Below, in pieces: positions 63,486-64,000 of a stretch of DNA of 64,000 nt. The translations under genes and the position numbers were made by a program. The stretch spans positions 64,001-128,000 of the IMG/VR virus record IMGVR_UViG_3300033273_000282; one strand, 5' to 3'. The notes beneath the pieces are model-generated. The model had not been told where the DNA came from and did no database searches. It saw only the letters and a program-made list of their open reading frames with translations. How positions within the stretch are numbered: position 1 is the stretch's first letter; every line of letters begins with the position of its first letter. The stretch is from a virus. Its lineage: Duplodnaviria > Caudoviricetes.

Positions 63486-64000
63486 ATGGCTCTTGTAACC
63501 GACAAATTTAGAATCTACGCTGCCGAGGCGTTCCGAAACACCTTGGGCAGCGCAGGCACTGATGCCAACAAAGTTTACCTCTTTGTGGGTAGACCTAAGG
63601 CATGGTCTGGCAATACAGACTCACCCCCAACGGATGAGCCTATTGATTCGTTTACATACCATCGTCAGGTATACTCTGATTCGGTAGCATACAAGCGTGT
63701 AGATATTTCTGACACTGCTCTCGTTATTCCTAGAGTTGACTGGATTGATCCAACGGAAACTACTGGTGGTACTGGTCGTACATACTCCATGTACAAACCA
63801 GATTATTCACCATCAAAGACGACAGCAAATGGCGCGACCCGTTTGTATGACTCTAACTTCTATGTGATGAACTCGGACTTTAATGTCTACAAGTGTCTGT
63901 ATAATGGTCAGACTCCAGAGTTCCCCAAAGGTCGTCCTTCGCTGGTAGAGCCAACTGGCACTTCGACCACGGTTATTGAAACAAACGATTCTGCTGACTA
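63486..64000 (+). CDS. gp8: Baseplate wedge subunit gp8 (partial, runs off the window)
   Basis: MALVTDKFRIYAAEAF..YLFVGRP..W..P, KRV......VIPRVDW, Y.MY..DY, FYVMNSDFNVYKCLYNG..S..EPTG. Confidence 0.92.
   Translation, partial: MALVTDKFRIYAAEAFRNTLGSAGTDANKVYLFVGRPKAWSGNTDSPPTDEPIDSFTYHRQVYSDSVAYKRVDISDTALVIPRVDWIDPTETTGGTGRTYSMYKPDYSPSKTTANGATRLYDSNFYVMNSDFNVYKCLYNGQTPEFPKGRPSLVEPTGTSTTVIETNDSAD

Noticed and set aside
1-64000. Prophage or integrative element, or host chromosomal DNA
   Set aside because: No integrase, transposase, rRNA or host housekeeping operon; gene order and TATAAATA promoters fit a lytic T4-like phage

Overview
A 64 kb segment of a T4-like cyanophage (cyanomyovirus) genome, almost all on the + strand. 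Order: end of the replication/late-transcription block (phoH partial, exonuclease, gp33, gp59, gp32, talC); a reversed gp53-gp48-gp2-gp4 block; a hub/tail block (gp54/19-like, gp26, gp51, two tape-measure-like proteins, gp27-like, gp5 split into two genes); an accessory block (acyl carrier protein, 2OG-Fe(II) oxygenases, tRNA-Thr, cpeT); a tail-fibre block ending in a gp38-like adhesin; an early-gene-like region of small ORFs (33-45.4 kb); then a phosphopantetheinyl transferase, PAAR, gp25, gp6, a 4447-aa gp7 and the start of gp8. Most notable observations: (1) an ACP and an Sfp-type PPTase in the same genome; (2) gp51 has no usable start codon and is reachable from gp26 by a -1 slippery site just upstream of the tape-measure-like gene; (3) about 13 copies of a palindrome-N29/30-(-10) promoter module with no -35; (4) a cluster of cyanobacterial-type DnaA boxes with AT-rich and direct-repeat DNA, a candidate origin; (5) an endonuclease-methyltransferase pair, with no CCGG found in a by-eye scan; (6) a solitary HicA-like gene. 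All family calls come from motif recognition by eye; no database searches were run.
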